From an uncultured Bacilli bacterium (GTDB lineage: Bacteria; Bacillota_I; Bacilli_A; RF39; UBA660), in contig CAKOMD010000002.1 of assembly GCA_934096555.1 (NCBI GenBank), positions 3,128 to 67,127 of the forward strand: a stretch of DNA of 64,000 nt, written 5' to 3'. Of the stretch, positions 46,633 to 55,720 are shown piece after piece; the first letter of the stretch is position 1, and each line of letters opens with the position of its first letter. The notes beneath the pieces are model-generated. The model saw only the letters and a list, made by a program, of their open reading frames with translations. It had not been told where the DNA came from and did not search any database. The position numbers and the translations under genes were made by a program.

Positions 46633-49166
46633 ATTCTATTTACCTTTCTTGATTTACCTATTTCTAATTTTTCAGTATCTAGTTTGATTATTTCGTTATA
46701 GTAGAACTTACTTATCATGTTATATACATCAGAACCCACAATACTTTTAAGTAAAGATAGATATTCTTCAGCATCTTTTGACTTAGATATTAAAGCAAAG
46801 TTAGCAATCATTTCACAAAAACCATTATCCGTTTCATAGTAGTAGTAGATTCCATGACCAGGAGCCCATTTAATTTTTTTATTTTTGGCATTATATAGAG
46901 CTCCGCTATGAAACTTACCATCAAATATAGCATCTAATATATCACATATAGCATATAATTCACCATAGTTACTTCGCATCATTGCATCAACATTTTGACT
47001 AATATATATTCTCTTTTGATGATTAATATATTCTTCTTCAGTATACATTTTATTTAAAATTATATCCATTTGCTCTTCAGGTATTTTAAGTACTTCAAAT
47101 TCTCTTTTTTTCTCTTCTTTACTTTTCTCAAGCATAGTTCTTATTTCAGACTTTTTCTCTTCACTATAATAGGTATCAAAATAGCTTTCACATTTCTTTT
47201 TAATAAACGCTGCAATTTGTTTATATAATTTTCTGTAGTTATTAGCGCATAATTCCGCTCTTGCTATTAGATTTGGATCTTCTTTGACTTTTCTAATTAT
47301 TTTATTATAGTCTTCAGGTATTTTATCTTTAGCTATATAGTAGTGTAGTGCATGACCTGTTTCATGTAGAAGTGCACTAACAGATGTACTATTACAAAAC
47401 ACAGACTTACAATTTGCTGAAAAATAACAATTATCATTATCTTCCATATAAAAGAATTTATTTCTATTTTGTTTTTTTATCTCAATTAGAGTTCTTATTT
47501 CAGCTACTACAGCCTCATAATTATATCCTGCTACAAGGGCAGTTCTATAGCCATTTACTAAAGCTGCAATTAATTTTGAACTACTCATATTATCGTCAAA
47601 GACATCATTAAGCTCTCTAAGTAGTTCTTCACCTTCACTATATAGAGGTCCAATACCTAAATGATTACTAACATTTTTAAGATAATCAGAAGCAAAGTTT
47701 TTCTTTTCTTTAGAAACATTAATATCCTTTTGTTCAAACCCTTTAGTTTTTATAATAAAGGCTACTCTAGGATCGGCTTTTACATCACCGGTAATAATTT
47801 TACTTAGAGCAAGACTAGAGCTGGCTTCAAGTAGAGATTCTAATAAAGTTTTATTATCATATCTTTTTAATAGTTTATCTTCAGAAAGTCTATCAACATA
47901 TTCTATCATATCATGCTCTGCTAATGTGATATAAAACCTAGTGGCTGTATTAATATCATTTAAATGAACTGCTATATCATTAATGTTAACTCTTACTATT
48001 TCATATTTAACATTATCTAAAATATAATCAAAATAAGTATAACTATCATTTTTATTAATAGGCTTTAAGAGTTTTTTAGGGCTTATGACCGCTAGTAAAT
48101 CAGGTCTTTCTTTTTTTAATAATATTTTAATTATTTCTTCATCACTACATAAGAAAAGACATTTCTTTAAATTAAAATTAATATCAATTAGATATTCTAA
48201 GAAAGTTTCTTCTTTATCTATTGATTTAATTACTTCTGAAACATTTCTAAGTAAAATATCATTAGAAATATAGCCTATAAGATCTAGTTTTTGGTAGCGG
48301 TATAATATATCTATTGTTTTAATATTACGAATATAAGTAAAATTAATAGTGCATTCTTTTTCAATAAGAATTTCAAGTAATGTTTTATTTGGTTCTACTT
48401 CCATTAATAAGACTGCTTCACTAACTTTCCCAAGATAATCATAATAATTATTCATCATAAGAAATTTAATAAATTTAATATCATTGGGAATACTAGTAAG
48501 AGCCTTGGGAATTATCTTTTTATCATTGATAAGAAAATCTAAAACAGTACTATTTTCCTTAGTCCTACTCATTAAAATAGCAGTATTTGCATATTCCATT
48601 AAGTGATAATTATTATACTTAGTACATAATTCATTTAGTGGTTCCTTATTATCAATCATAGGGACAATAATATTTAATATACTATCATCATTTAAGTATT
48701 TTTCAATTAAATAAGTACCATTACTGTTTCTAGTAGTTAATTTCTTTACTAGTTCAGGATTGATATAATTTAAAGCAAATTTCATATTATACTGTGATAG
48801 TAAATCAATTATTTCAGTATGTTCTTTGATAGCATAAATAATATTATCAGATAAAAGATTATTTCTATTTAAAATATAATCAATAATTCTTTTGCCATTG
48901 ACATAAGAAAATAGTGTTTCTTCGTCTAATTTATAAGAGTATAAAGATGCATTGTTTTTACAAAATAAATAGGCGATAAGAGCATCGTTAGCTATTATAT
49001 TTTCTAATGAATATAATGGTATGTTATTTCTTAAAAGATATTCTATAAAATAAGTACCATTACTATCTTTACTTAGAAGTTCTTCTTTTGTTAAGTTAAG
49101 TCCGTATATATGCCATCTAGTACCATCGTTAATTTCTTTTAAAATATTTAGTAACTTTTCAGACAT
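46599..49166 (-). CDS. large repeat protein (ankyrin-like ~45-55 aa units) with C-terminal HExxH metallopeptidase-like domain
   Basis: At least 8 degenerate units carry a (D/N)xNG(T/K)(Y/L)(F/L)(I/L)E(Y/I)LL-type core (NGTYFIEYLL, NGKRIIDYIL, NGTYLIEKYL, STVLDFLI, KTLLEILI, ETFLEYLI, YTYFDYIL, KTLLESLL). LLHETGHALH follows (HETGH at 47352-47366 on the + strand). The start is placed at ATG 49166 (MSEKLLN). Confidence 0.6.
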   Translation of the reverse strand: MSEKLLNILKEINDGTRWHIYGLNLTKEELLSKDSNGTYFIEYLLRNNIPLYSLENIIANDALIAYLFCKNNASLYSYKLDEETLFSYVNGKRIIDYILNRNNLLSDNIIYAIKEHTEIIDLLSQYNMKFALNYINPELVKKLTTRNSNGTYLIEKYLNDDSILNIIVPMIDNKEPLNELCTKYNNYHLMEYANTAILMSRTKENSTVLDFLINDKKIIPKALTSIPNDIKFIKFLMMNNYYDYLGKVSEAVLLMEVEPNKTLLEILIEKECTINFTYIRNIKTIDILYRYQKLDLIGYISNDILLRNVSEVIKSIDKEETFLEYLIDINFNLKKCLFLCSDEEIIKILLKKERPDLLAVISPKKLLKPINKNDSYTYFDYILDNVKYEIVRVNINDIAVHLNDINTATRFYITLAEHDMIEYVDRLSEDKLLKRYDNKTLLESLLEASSSLALSKIITGDVKADPRVAFIIKTKGFEQKDINVSKEKKNFASDYLKNVSNHLGIGPLYSEGEELLRELNDVFDDNMSSSKLIAALVNGYRTALVAGYNYEAVVAEIRTLIEIKKQNRNKFFYMEDNDNCYFSANCKSVFCNSTSVSALLHETGHALHYYIAKDKIPEDYNKIIRKVKEDPNLIARAELCANNYRKLYKQIAAFIKKKCESYFDTYYSEEKKSEIRTMLEKSKEEKKREFEVLKIPEEQMDIILNKMYTEEEYINHQKRIYISQNVDAMMRSNYGELYAICDILDAIFDGKFHSGALYNAKNKKIKWAPGHGIYYYYETDNGFCEMIANFALISKSKDAEEYLSLLKSIVGSDVYNMISKFYYNEIIKLDTEKLEIGKSRKVNRIWKINYLNYIH

Positions 49167-49273
49167 ATATAAATGCACCTTTCTTTCTAAACTATAATAA
49201 CATATTTAAAGTATTTAGTAAATAATTTTGTATATTTTCTACCAGCTCGTTTAATACTATTAGTGGTGATTAT

Positions 49274-49714
49274 ATGGATAAAAAAATATATAAAGAAATA
49301 GTAGATAAACATACTCCAAAAGAAAATGTTATAGGTAATGCTCTCATAGCCTTTGTAGTGGGAGGTCTCCTTGGTAGCCTATCAGAGTTATTACTTAGAT
49401 GTTATATGATGTGGTTTAATTTACCTAGAAAAGAATCAGGGGTAATGGTAATCCTTACTTTAATAACGATAGCCTCGGTACTTACAGCTTGTGGTGTCTT
49501 TGATGTACTGGTAAGTAAAGTAAGAGCGGCTCTTATAATACCAATAACAGGCTTTGCTCATTCAATGACTTCAGCAGCCTTAGAGTATAAACATGAAGGC
49601 TTAGTACTTGGAATTGGGTCTAATATATTCAAATTAGCAGGAACTGTAATTCTATATGGTGTAGTAGCAGTATATTTCTTTGGATTAATAAGACTACTGG
49701 TGATGGGAGGATAA
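49274..49714 (+). CDS. spoVAC: stage V sporulation protein AC
   Basis: 146 aa, 4 TM helices, with ...KHTPKE....NALIAFVVGGLLG... and ITGFAHSM patterns. It lies upstream of spoVAD. Confidence 0.85.
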   Translation: MDKKIYKEIVDKHTPKENVIGNALIAFVVGGLLGSLSELLLRCYMMWFNLPRKESGVMVILTLITIASVLTACGVFDVLVSKVRAALIIPITGFAHSMTSAALEYKHEGLVLGIGSNIFKLAGTVILYGVVAVYFFGLIRLLVMGG

Positions 49715-49715
49715 T

Positions 49716-50711
49716 ATGACAACTAAATATAATAATGTTTTTATTGAGGATGCTTATACAGTGTGTGGCAATTATGAGAATGATGGACCATTATCAAAAT
49801 ATTTTGATAAGAAACATAAGAAAGATTTATACTTTGGTGAAAAGTCTTGGGAGAAGGCTGAAGTCCATCTTTTAAAAGAGGCTAATGAAAACATTCTAAA
49901 AAAGAATAAACTAAAAGAACAAGATATTGATCTTTTAATATCAGGAGATTTACAGAATCAGATAGCGGCTTCTGACTATATGGCTAGAGACTTTGATATA
50001 CCTTTTCTTGGGATATTTGAAGCTTGCTCGACAAGTAGTGAAGGGTTAATTATTGGAAGTAATTTTATTGAAGGAAAGCTATGTAAAAGAGTACTAGTAT
50101 CAACATCTAGTCACAACATGGTTAGTGAAAAACAGTTTAGAAATCCTACTGAATATGGTACTCCTAAACCAAAGACTGCTACTTTTACTGCTACTGGGGC
50201 TGTATCAATACTGCTTACTAATAAGAAAACTAAAATTAAAATAGAGTCTTCAACAATAGGGAAGGTAGTAGATATGGGAACTACTGATGCTAATCATATG
50301 GGAGCAGTAATGGCTCCAGCAGCAGGAGATGTTATATATAATCATTTGACTGATACTAAAAGAGATACATCTTATTATGACTTAATATTAACTGGAGATT
50401 TAGGAGTATATGGTAAAGAAATACTAAGAGAATATATGCTTACTAAGTATAATATAGAACTAGGAGATAATTATAATGACTGTGGTACTATGTTATATGA
50501 TATAGGGCATCAGCCTGTCTTTGCCGGAGGTTCTGGACCAGTATGTTCGGGTTTAGTTAATTTTGGCTATATATATAAAGAAATGTTAAAGGGTAAGTTT
50601 AAGAGGGTATTAATAGTACCAACAGGAGCCATCTTCTCACCGACATTTACTTTTCAAAAAGAATCAATACCTGCGATAGCAAACTGTGTTAGTTTGGAGG
50701 TAGTAGAATGA
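49716..50711 (+). CDS. spoVAD: stage V sporulation protein AD
   Basis: 331 aa, thiolase-like fold, with EACSTS (Cys), ...TATGA... and GGSGPVCS. Its position between spoVAC and spoVAE fits. Confidence 0.9.
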   Translation: MTTKYNNVFIEDAYTVCGNYENDGPLSKYFDKKHKKDLYFGEKSWEKAEVHLLKEANENILKKNKLKEQDIDLLISGDLQNQIAASDYMARDFDIPFLGIFEACSTSSEGLIIGSNFIEGKLCKRVLVSTSSHNMVSEKQFRNPTEYGTPKPKTATFTATGAVSILLTNKKTKIKIESSTIGKVVDMGTTDANHMGAVMAPAAGDVIYNHLTDTKRDTSYYDLILTGDLGVYGKEILREYMLTKYNIELGDNYNDCGTMLYDIGHQPVFAGGSGPVCSGLVNFGYIYKEMLKGKFKRVLIVPTGAIFSPTFTFQKESIPAIANCVSLEVVE

Positions 50712-51061
50712 TGACTTATGTTTATGCTTTTCTATTTTGCGGCTTTGTCTGTATGATGGCTCAGCTTATTCTAGATAACACAAAGCTTACTCCAGGCCAT
50801 GTAACGAGTATCTTTGTTGTAGTAGGAGCCTTACTTGATGTAGCGGGTATATATGATAGAATAGTCTTGTATGCTGGAGCGGGAGCTTTAATTCCTATTA
50901 CTTCATTCGGTCATCTACTAATTCATGGAGCTATGGAAACAGGAACTGCTTTAGGACCGTTAGGACTTGCCTTTGGTATATTTGATTTAACATCTGCTGG
51001 TATATCAGTAGCCTTATTTTTATCATTTATCTTAGCTTTAATATTTAAACCTAGACATTAA
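50708..51061 (+). CDS. spoVAE: stage V sporulation protein AE (AEB type)
   Basis: 117 aa, membrane protein, with ...TPGHV...GAGALIPITSFGH.... It overlaps the spoVAD stop. Confidence 0.85.
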   Translation: MMTYVYAFLFCGFVCMMAQLILDNTKLTPGHVTSIFVVVGALLDVAGIYDRIVLYAGAGALIPITSFGHLLIHGAMETGTALGPLGLAFGIFDLTSAGISVALFLSFILALIFKPRH

Positions 51062-51076
51062 TTAATTTATTATATT

Positions 51077-51136
51077 CCTCTTAAGCCGACGGTCTTAAGA
51101 GGCAAAAGGAAGCCTTAAATATAAGTCTTCCTTTTG
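51077..51136 (+). repeat. paired-hairpin intergenic element, locus 5
   Basis: CCTCTTAAG-CCGACGGT-CTTAAGAGG (51077-102) is directly followed by CAAAAGGAAG-CCTTAAATATAAGT-CTTCCTTTTG (51103-36), then TTTTATTTATT. It lies between convergent genes. Confidence 0.85.
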
Positions 51137-51138
51137 TT

Positions 51139-53367
51139 TTATTTATTATTTATAACACTATTTAAAAGATTGCCAAGATATGTATTACCATCTCTATTCA
51201 AATGAATATTATCAGGAGCCAAATAATTAAGATTTTTTATTTCACTATAGATATTAATATATTTAACATTATCCTCATCAAATATAATCTTACTAAGTTT
51301 TTTATCAGTAGAAATAATATAAATATTATGACCATTACATAACTTAATTAAACTATCATATTCTTTCTTGCTAATATTTATAGTATTATCAAATAAAAAT
51401 ACAACATTATGATTAAGAGTATTATCTTTAATCTCTTTTTTAATTTCTTTTTTCAAATTATTATAATTAAAATCTTTATCAGTTATATAATTAGCATTAG
51501 TAAAATTAGTTTTAATATTATCAAAAGCATTGAGTAGTAAATCATTACCATAGAAGCTAACTTTATTTCTAATTTCCTCTTCGTGCTTATTAATCATACT
51601 ATTTTTCTTTTCAATATATTTTTCTTTATAAACATTATATATGGCATTATAAATAGTATCTGTATATATCTTTCTACCTTCACTAGTTAAATGAATACCA
51701 TCATATGCAAAGTATTCACTATGGCCTCTTGAAATAGAATACCAGTCAATAATATGTAGGTTAGAGTGAGACAAAGCTAAATTATTCAATCTGACATTAA
51801 CATCAGGTAAATTAACGGTATTAATCCAAAATATATCTCTGTCTTCACAAGTTCTAAGTATTTCTTCTTTACACTCCAGAGAACAGTCACCATTAGTTCC
51901 CAAATTAAATACTACTGGACTACCAAGTGTATTTTTATTTTTTAAGTCTAATAAAATATCATTAACATACCAAGCTGTACGTGATACCTTACCATCAAAG
52001 TAGCCATTAGGAAATCTATTATATAGGTTACTAACCGCTCCAAGAAGTACTGAGTCGCCAATTCCTACTACAGGTAGATTAGTAACTATCTCATCTAATT
52101 TGCTTTCGTCTTCTTCAATAGAGGCCAGTTCTTTTTCCCAAGTTTCTTTATCTTCCTTTAATTTGAGTGCATAATTATCTTTACTATCTTTAATTAATAT
52201 TTCATTTTCTTCAAGCTGTTTCTTTAAATCATTTATATCGTTAGTATAATCTTTAGCTATAATAAATTCATATATGCCATACAATAATATCCATAAGCAC
52301 ATAAATGATAATAGGCATTTCATATTATGTTTCTTTTTATCTTTATTCGTAGTCATAAAGTGTAATAGTATTGATAAAAGTATTGTAATTATAATAATCA
52401 AAAATAACTCTAAATATCTATTCCAATCTATATGTTCAAATAAATAAATTATCACATACTCTATTAAATATATTTCATAACTAATACTTGAAATATAACT
52501 TATAACATTATCAAGTTTAGTAGTATTAGCCCAATTATTAATCATTAAAGTAGCATATTCAGTAATTCTTACACCGAGTAGGGTAGTAATAATCATACTT
52601 AAATAAATATATTTAGAACCAGGACTAATAAAAATACATAATAGTAACAAAATTACTAAGTAAGCATAAAAAATATATTTCTTTAAATTAGAATCTTTAA
52701 TTTTAGAAGGAACTAAATTCCCATAGTAATGATGTATAAATCCAAGTGTCACACCAGAAAATAAAGCAAACATTCTAGTAAAAGTATTATAATAAGTAAA
52801 CAAAATATCATTATTTATTCCAGAGTAATAAAAATAAGCTCCTCCTAGCAAAGAAACAACCGAAGTAATTATAATAGGAATATTTTTATTAATTTTACTT
52901 CCTATCTTTTTTAGTAGGAGAAAGATAAAAGGAAATACTAAATCAAATTGTATTAATATAGCCATATACCATAGATGTATAAATGGCGTTTCCGAGGCAC
53001 TCCTGAAATAATCCATATTAGTCATAATTTGCCAAAAATTATTATACCCCAGCACAATTGAAGTTACCTCAGGTTTCAAATTAAACCAGTTAACATTCAG
53101 TAAAAGTTTAACAATTCCAACTGAAGTAAATACCACAATTAACATTGGTAAATATAATCTAAATAATTTATTTAAATAATATTCTTTAAAAGATATCTTA
53201 TCTTTTTTAAAAAGTTTTATCGTAGAGAGATATCCACTTAGAACAAAAAAGATCGATACCGCTAAAAAACCGCCCTTTAGTATATTTAAATGATATAAGA
53301 ATATTGTTATACAAGCAAATATTCTAAGAATATCAAGATATTTAAAATGTTTATTATTACTACTCAT
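51139..53367 (-). CDS. acyltransferase-3 family membrane protein fused to SGNH-like domain (OatA-like O-acetyltransferase)
   Basis: N-terminal ~340 aa with ~10 TM helices (FKYLDILRIFACITIFLYH...). A coiled linker follows, then VVGIGDSVLLG and ...DGIHLTSEGR... SGNH-type blocks, plus an extra C-terminal domain. Confidence 0.8.
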   Translation of the reverse strand: MSSNNKHFKYLDILRIFACITIFLYHLNILKGGFLAVSIFFVLSGYLSTIKLFKKDKISFKEYYLNKLFRLYLPMLIVVFTSVGIVKLLLNVNWFNLKPEVTSIVLGYNNFWQIMTNMDYFRSASETPFIHLWYMAILIQFDLVFPFIFLLLKKIGSKINKNIPIIITSVVSLLGGAYFYYSGINNDILFTYYNTFTRMFALFSGVTLGFIHHYYGNLVPSKIKDSNLKKYIFYAYLVILLLLCIFISPGSKYIYLSMIITTLLGVRITEYATLMINNWANTTKLDNVISYISSISYEIYLIEYVIIYLFEHIDWNRYLELFLIIIITILLSILLHFMTTNKDKKKHNMKCLLSFMCLWILLYGIYEFIIAKDYTNDINDLKKQLEENEILIKDSKDNYALKLKEDKETWEKELASIEEDESKLDEIVTNLPVVGIGDSVLLGAVSNLYNRFPNGYFDGKVSRTAWYVNDILLDLKNKNTLGSPVVFNLGTNGDCSLECKEEILRTCEDRDIFWINTVNLPDVNVRLNNLALSHSNLHIIDWYSISRGHSEYFAYDGIHLTSEGRKIYTDTIYNAIYNVYKEKYIEKKNSMINKHEEEIRNKVSFYGNDLLLNAFDNIKTNFTNANYITDKDFNYNNLKKEIKKEIKDNTLNHNVVFLFDNTINISKKEYDSLIKLCNGHNIYIISTDKKLSKIIFDEDNVKYINIYSEIKNLNYLAPDNIHLNRDGNTYLGNLLNSVINNK

Positions 53368-53482
53368 ATTATTACCTCTAACTATTATAAATAAATTATA
53401 TCATGAAGAAATATAAAGATAAATATTAAAAAGTAAAATAGTTTATAATTTCTAGTTTAATGTGTAAAATAAATATTTTTAA

Positions 53483-53511
53483 TTGACAAAGTAATAAAAA
53501 TATACTACAAT
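53483..53511 (+). promoter_or_regulatory. promoter of the helD-like gene
   Basis: TTGACA (53483-88), 17-nt spacer, TACAAT (53506-11). Confidence 0.5.
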
Positions 53512-53551
53512 GAAATAGACATTTGCGAAGTAACTATTTTCATCTTAATGT

Positions 53552-53580
53552 AAAACTACAATGAGAATGTAGTTTTTTGT
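53552..53580 (+). promoter_or_regulatory. terminator-like hairpin in the helD leader (possible attenuator)
   Basis: AAAACTACA / TGTAGTTTT 9-bp stem, 7-nt loop, then TTGT. It lies between the promoter and the RBS (GAAGGAGGG). Confidence 0.4.
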
Positions 53581-53599
53581 CGTGAAGGAGGGAGATATT

Positions 53600-55600
53600 A
53601 TGAAAATTGAAAGAGAAGAATTTGAAAAAGAAAGAAACTATCTTAACAAGACGGTCAGCTTAATTAGGAAGAAAATTTCTAATTTAGGACAAGAACTATT
53701 TGATGACGATTCTAAGGTACTAGAGTTTAAAAAATTTATTTGGGATTCCCATGCCGAAATGGATCCAAATGAAATGCGTACAATGATGGCAGAATCCGAT
53801 CTTCAAGTATCAATTATGCAAGGTAAAGGAAACTATCTTCAGAGATTGTTTAGAATTCAAGATAAACCATATTTTGGTTCTATTAGATTTAAAGACGAAG
53901 ATGGCGAAGAAAACATCTATATTGGTATAACCCATGTTGAAGATAAACTTAACTATTATGTTCATGACTGGAGAAGTCCAATATGCAGTATGTTCTATGA
54001 TTATGAAACAGGACCCGCTAGTTACAAGGCTCCTAGTGGAATAATAAAAGGGGAAATAACAAGAAAAAGACAGTATATAATAGAAAATGCCGAATTAAAA
54101 CACATTTTTGATAATGACTTAAATATTAGTGATAGTCTTCTTCAAGAAGTATTAGCAGAAGAATCTTCAGATAAAATGAAAAATATTGTTAATACTATTC
54201 AAGAAGAACAGAACAAAGTAATAAGAAATACTGAAGACAAAAATCTTATTGTGGAAGGTATTGCTGGTTCAGGTAAAACAAGCGTAGCCTTACATAGAAT
54301 AGCCTTCTTATTATATAGAATACCAAACTTAACATCCTCAAATATCGTAGTATTTACTCCTAATAAAGTGTTTTCAGAGTATATATCTAATGTTTTACCA
54401 GAACTTGGTGAAGATAATACTTATGATATGACCTTCTACGACTTATTGTGTCAGAATATTAATGAATATAAAGATATTGAAAATTTCACTGATTTTATAT
54501 CAAGATATTATAAAAAAGAAGTAACAAATTATGATTTAGTTAAGTATAAACAATCAGACGAAATAATTAAAGATCTAGATGATTATGTAAAAGATATATT
54601 AAATAATATTAGTTTTACTAAAAATTTAGAGTTTGATGGTTTTATTGATATTAGTACTGAAGAATTAAATAAAATGTTAACTTATAAATATAGTAATTTT
54701 CCTTTATTTGAAAGAATAAAAGAAATGAGTGAAAAGATAGCTTATAATAATTATGATGGAAATACTAAAAATGCTAGAAGCATTGAAAAGATATTAAAAG
54801 AAAACTTAAATATTAAATTAGATCTAAAAGTTATATTTAATAATTTCTTTACTAGTAAATATGCTAAGTATAAAGATAAAATTGATGGTAATTATTTATA
54901 TTATGAAGATGCATGTATATTCTTATATTTAAAGAGTCTACTAGTGGGATTTAATACTAATCATGTAATAAAGCAAGTTGTAATAGATGAAGCTCAAGAC
55001 TATAATAAATTACAATATATAATTATTAAGAAAACATTTAAAACAGCTAATTACACTATACTAGGTGATTCTAATCAAACAATAAACCCTTATTATAAAT
55101 ATGAATCATTAAAAGAATTAACAAATATGTTTGAAGGATCAAAGTATATTACTCTTACTAAGACATATCGTTCTACTGATAAGATAATAGATTATACCAA
55201 TAAGATATTAGGATTAACTTTATCAGTAGCTATTAGAAATCAAAAGTCTAACGATATAATCTTTAGAAACAATGTTAAAAAAGAAGATTTTATTAAAGAT
55301 ATAAATTATTTAAAAGAAATGTCTAAGAGTATAGCCATTATTACCAAGGATGATAAAGAAGCAGAAGAAGTATATAATATGTTAAAAGATGATTTTGATA
55401 TCATGTTACTTGGTGGTTATGGTCATATAAAGAGAGATTTAGTAGTAGTTCCTTCTTACACCGCTAAAGGGCTAGAATTTGATTCAGTAATCATTTATAA
55501 TGATATAGATAATAAGTATACTGAAGAAGATAAATATTTATACTATGTTGCTTGTACTAGAGCACAGCATAACTTAATTATATACAATGGAGAAGAGTAA
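53600..55600 (+). CDS. helD: HelD-like (helicase IV / UvrD-family) RNA polymerase-associated helicase
   Basis: N-terminal coiled region, PYFGSIRF block, Walker A GIAGSGKTSVALHRIAFLLY, DEAQDY, TKTYRST and AKGLEFDSVII are present. The start is placed at ATG 53600. Confidence 0.8.
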   Translation: MKIEREEFEKERNYLNKTVSLIRKKISNLGQELFDDDSKVLEFKKFIWDSHAEMDPNEMRTMMAESDLQVSIMQGKGNYLQRLFRIQDKPYFGSIRFKDEDGEENIYIGITHVEDKLNYYVHDWRSPICSMFYDYETGPASYKAPSGIIKGEITRKRQYIIENAELKHIFDNDLNISDSLLQEVLAEESSDKMKNIVNTIQEEQNKVIRNTEDKNLIVEGIAGSGKTSVALHRIAFLLYRIPNLTSSNIVVFTPNKVFSEYISNVLPELGEDNTYDMTFYDLLCQNINEYKDIENFTDFISRYYKKEVTNYDLVKYKQSDEIIKDLDDYVKDILNNISFTKNLEFDGFIDISTEELNKMLTYKYSNFPLFERIKEMSEKIAYNNYDGNTKNARSIEKILKENLNIKLDLKVIFNNFFTSKYAKYKDKIDGNYLYYEDACIFLYLKSLLVGFNTNHVIKQVVIDEAQDYNKLQYIIIKKTFKTANYTILGDSNQTINPYYKYESLKELTNMFEGSKYITLTKTYRSTDKIIDYTNKILGLTLSVAIRNQKSNDIIFRNNVKKEDFIKDINYLKEMSKSIAIITKDDKEAEEVYNMLKDDFDIMLLGGYGHIKRDLVVVPSYTAKGLEFDSVIIYNDIDNKYTEEDKYLYYVACTRAQHNLIIYNGEE

Positions 55601-55720
55601 AATATCTTCTCTTTTTAATAAAAATAAAAGAATTAGCATATTCTACATAGAATTATTGATACTTGCATAAAACTAGATTTTATGCTAGACTAGTAGTCAC
55701 GCAAAGGAGAAGAACTATAT

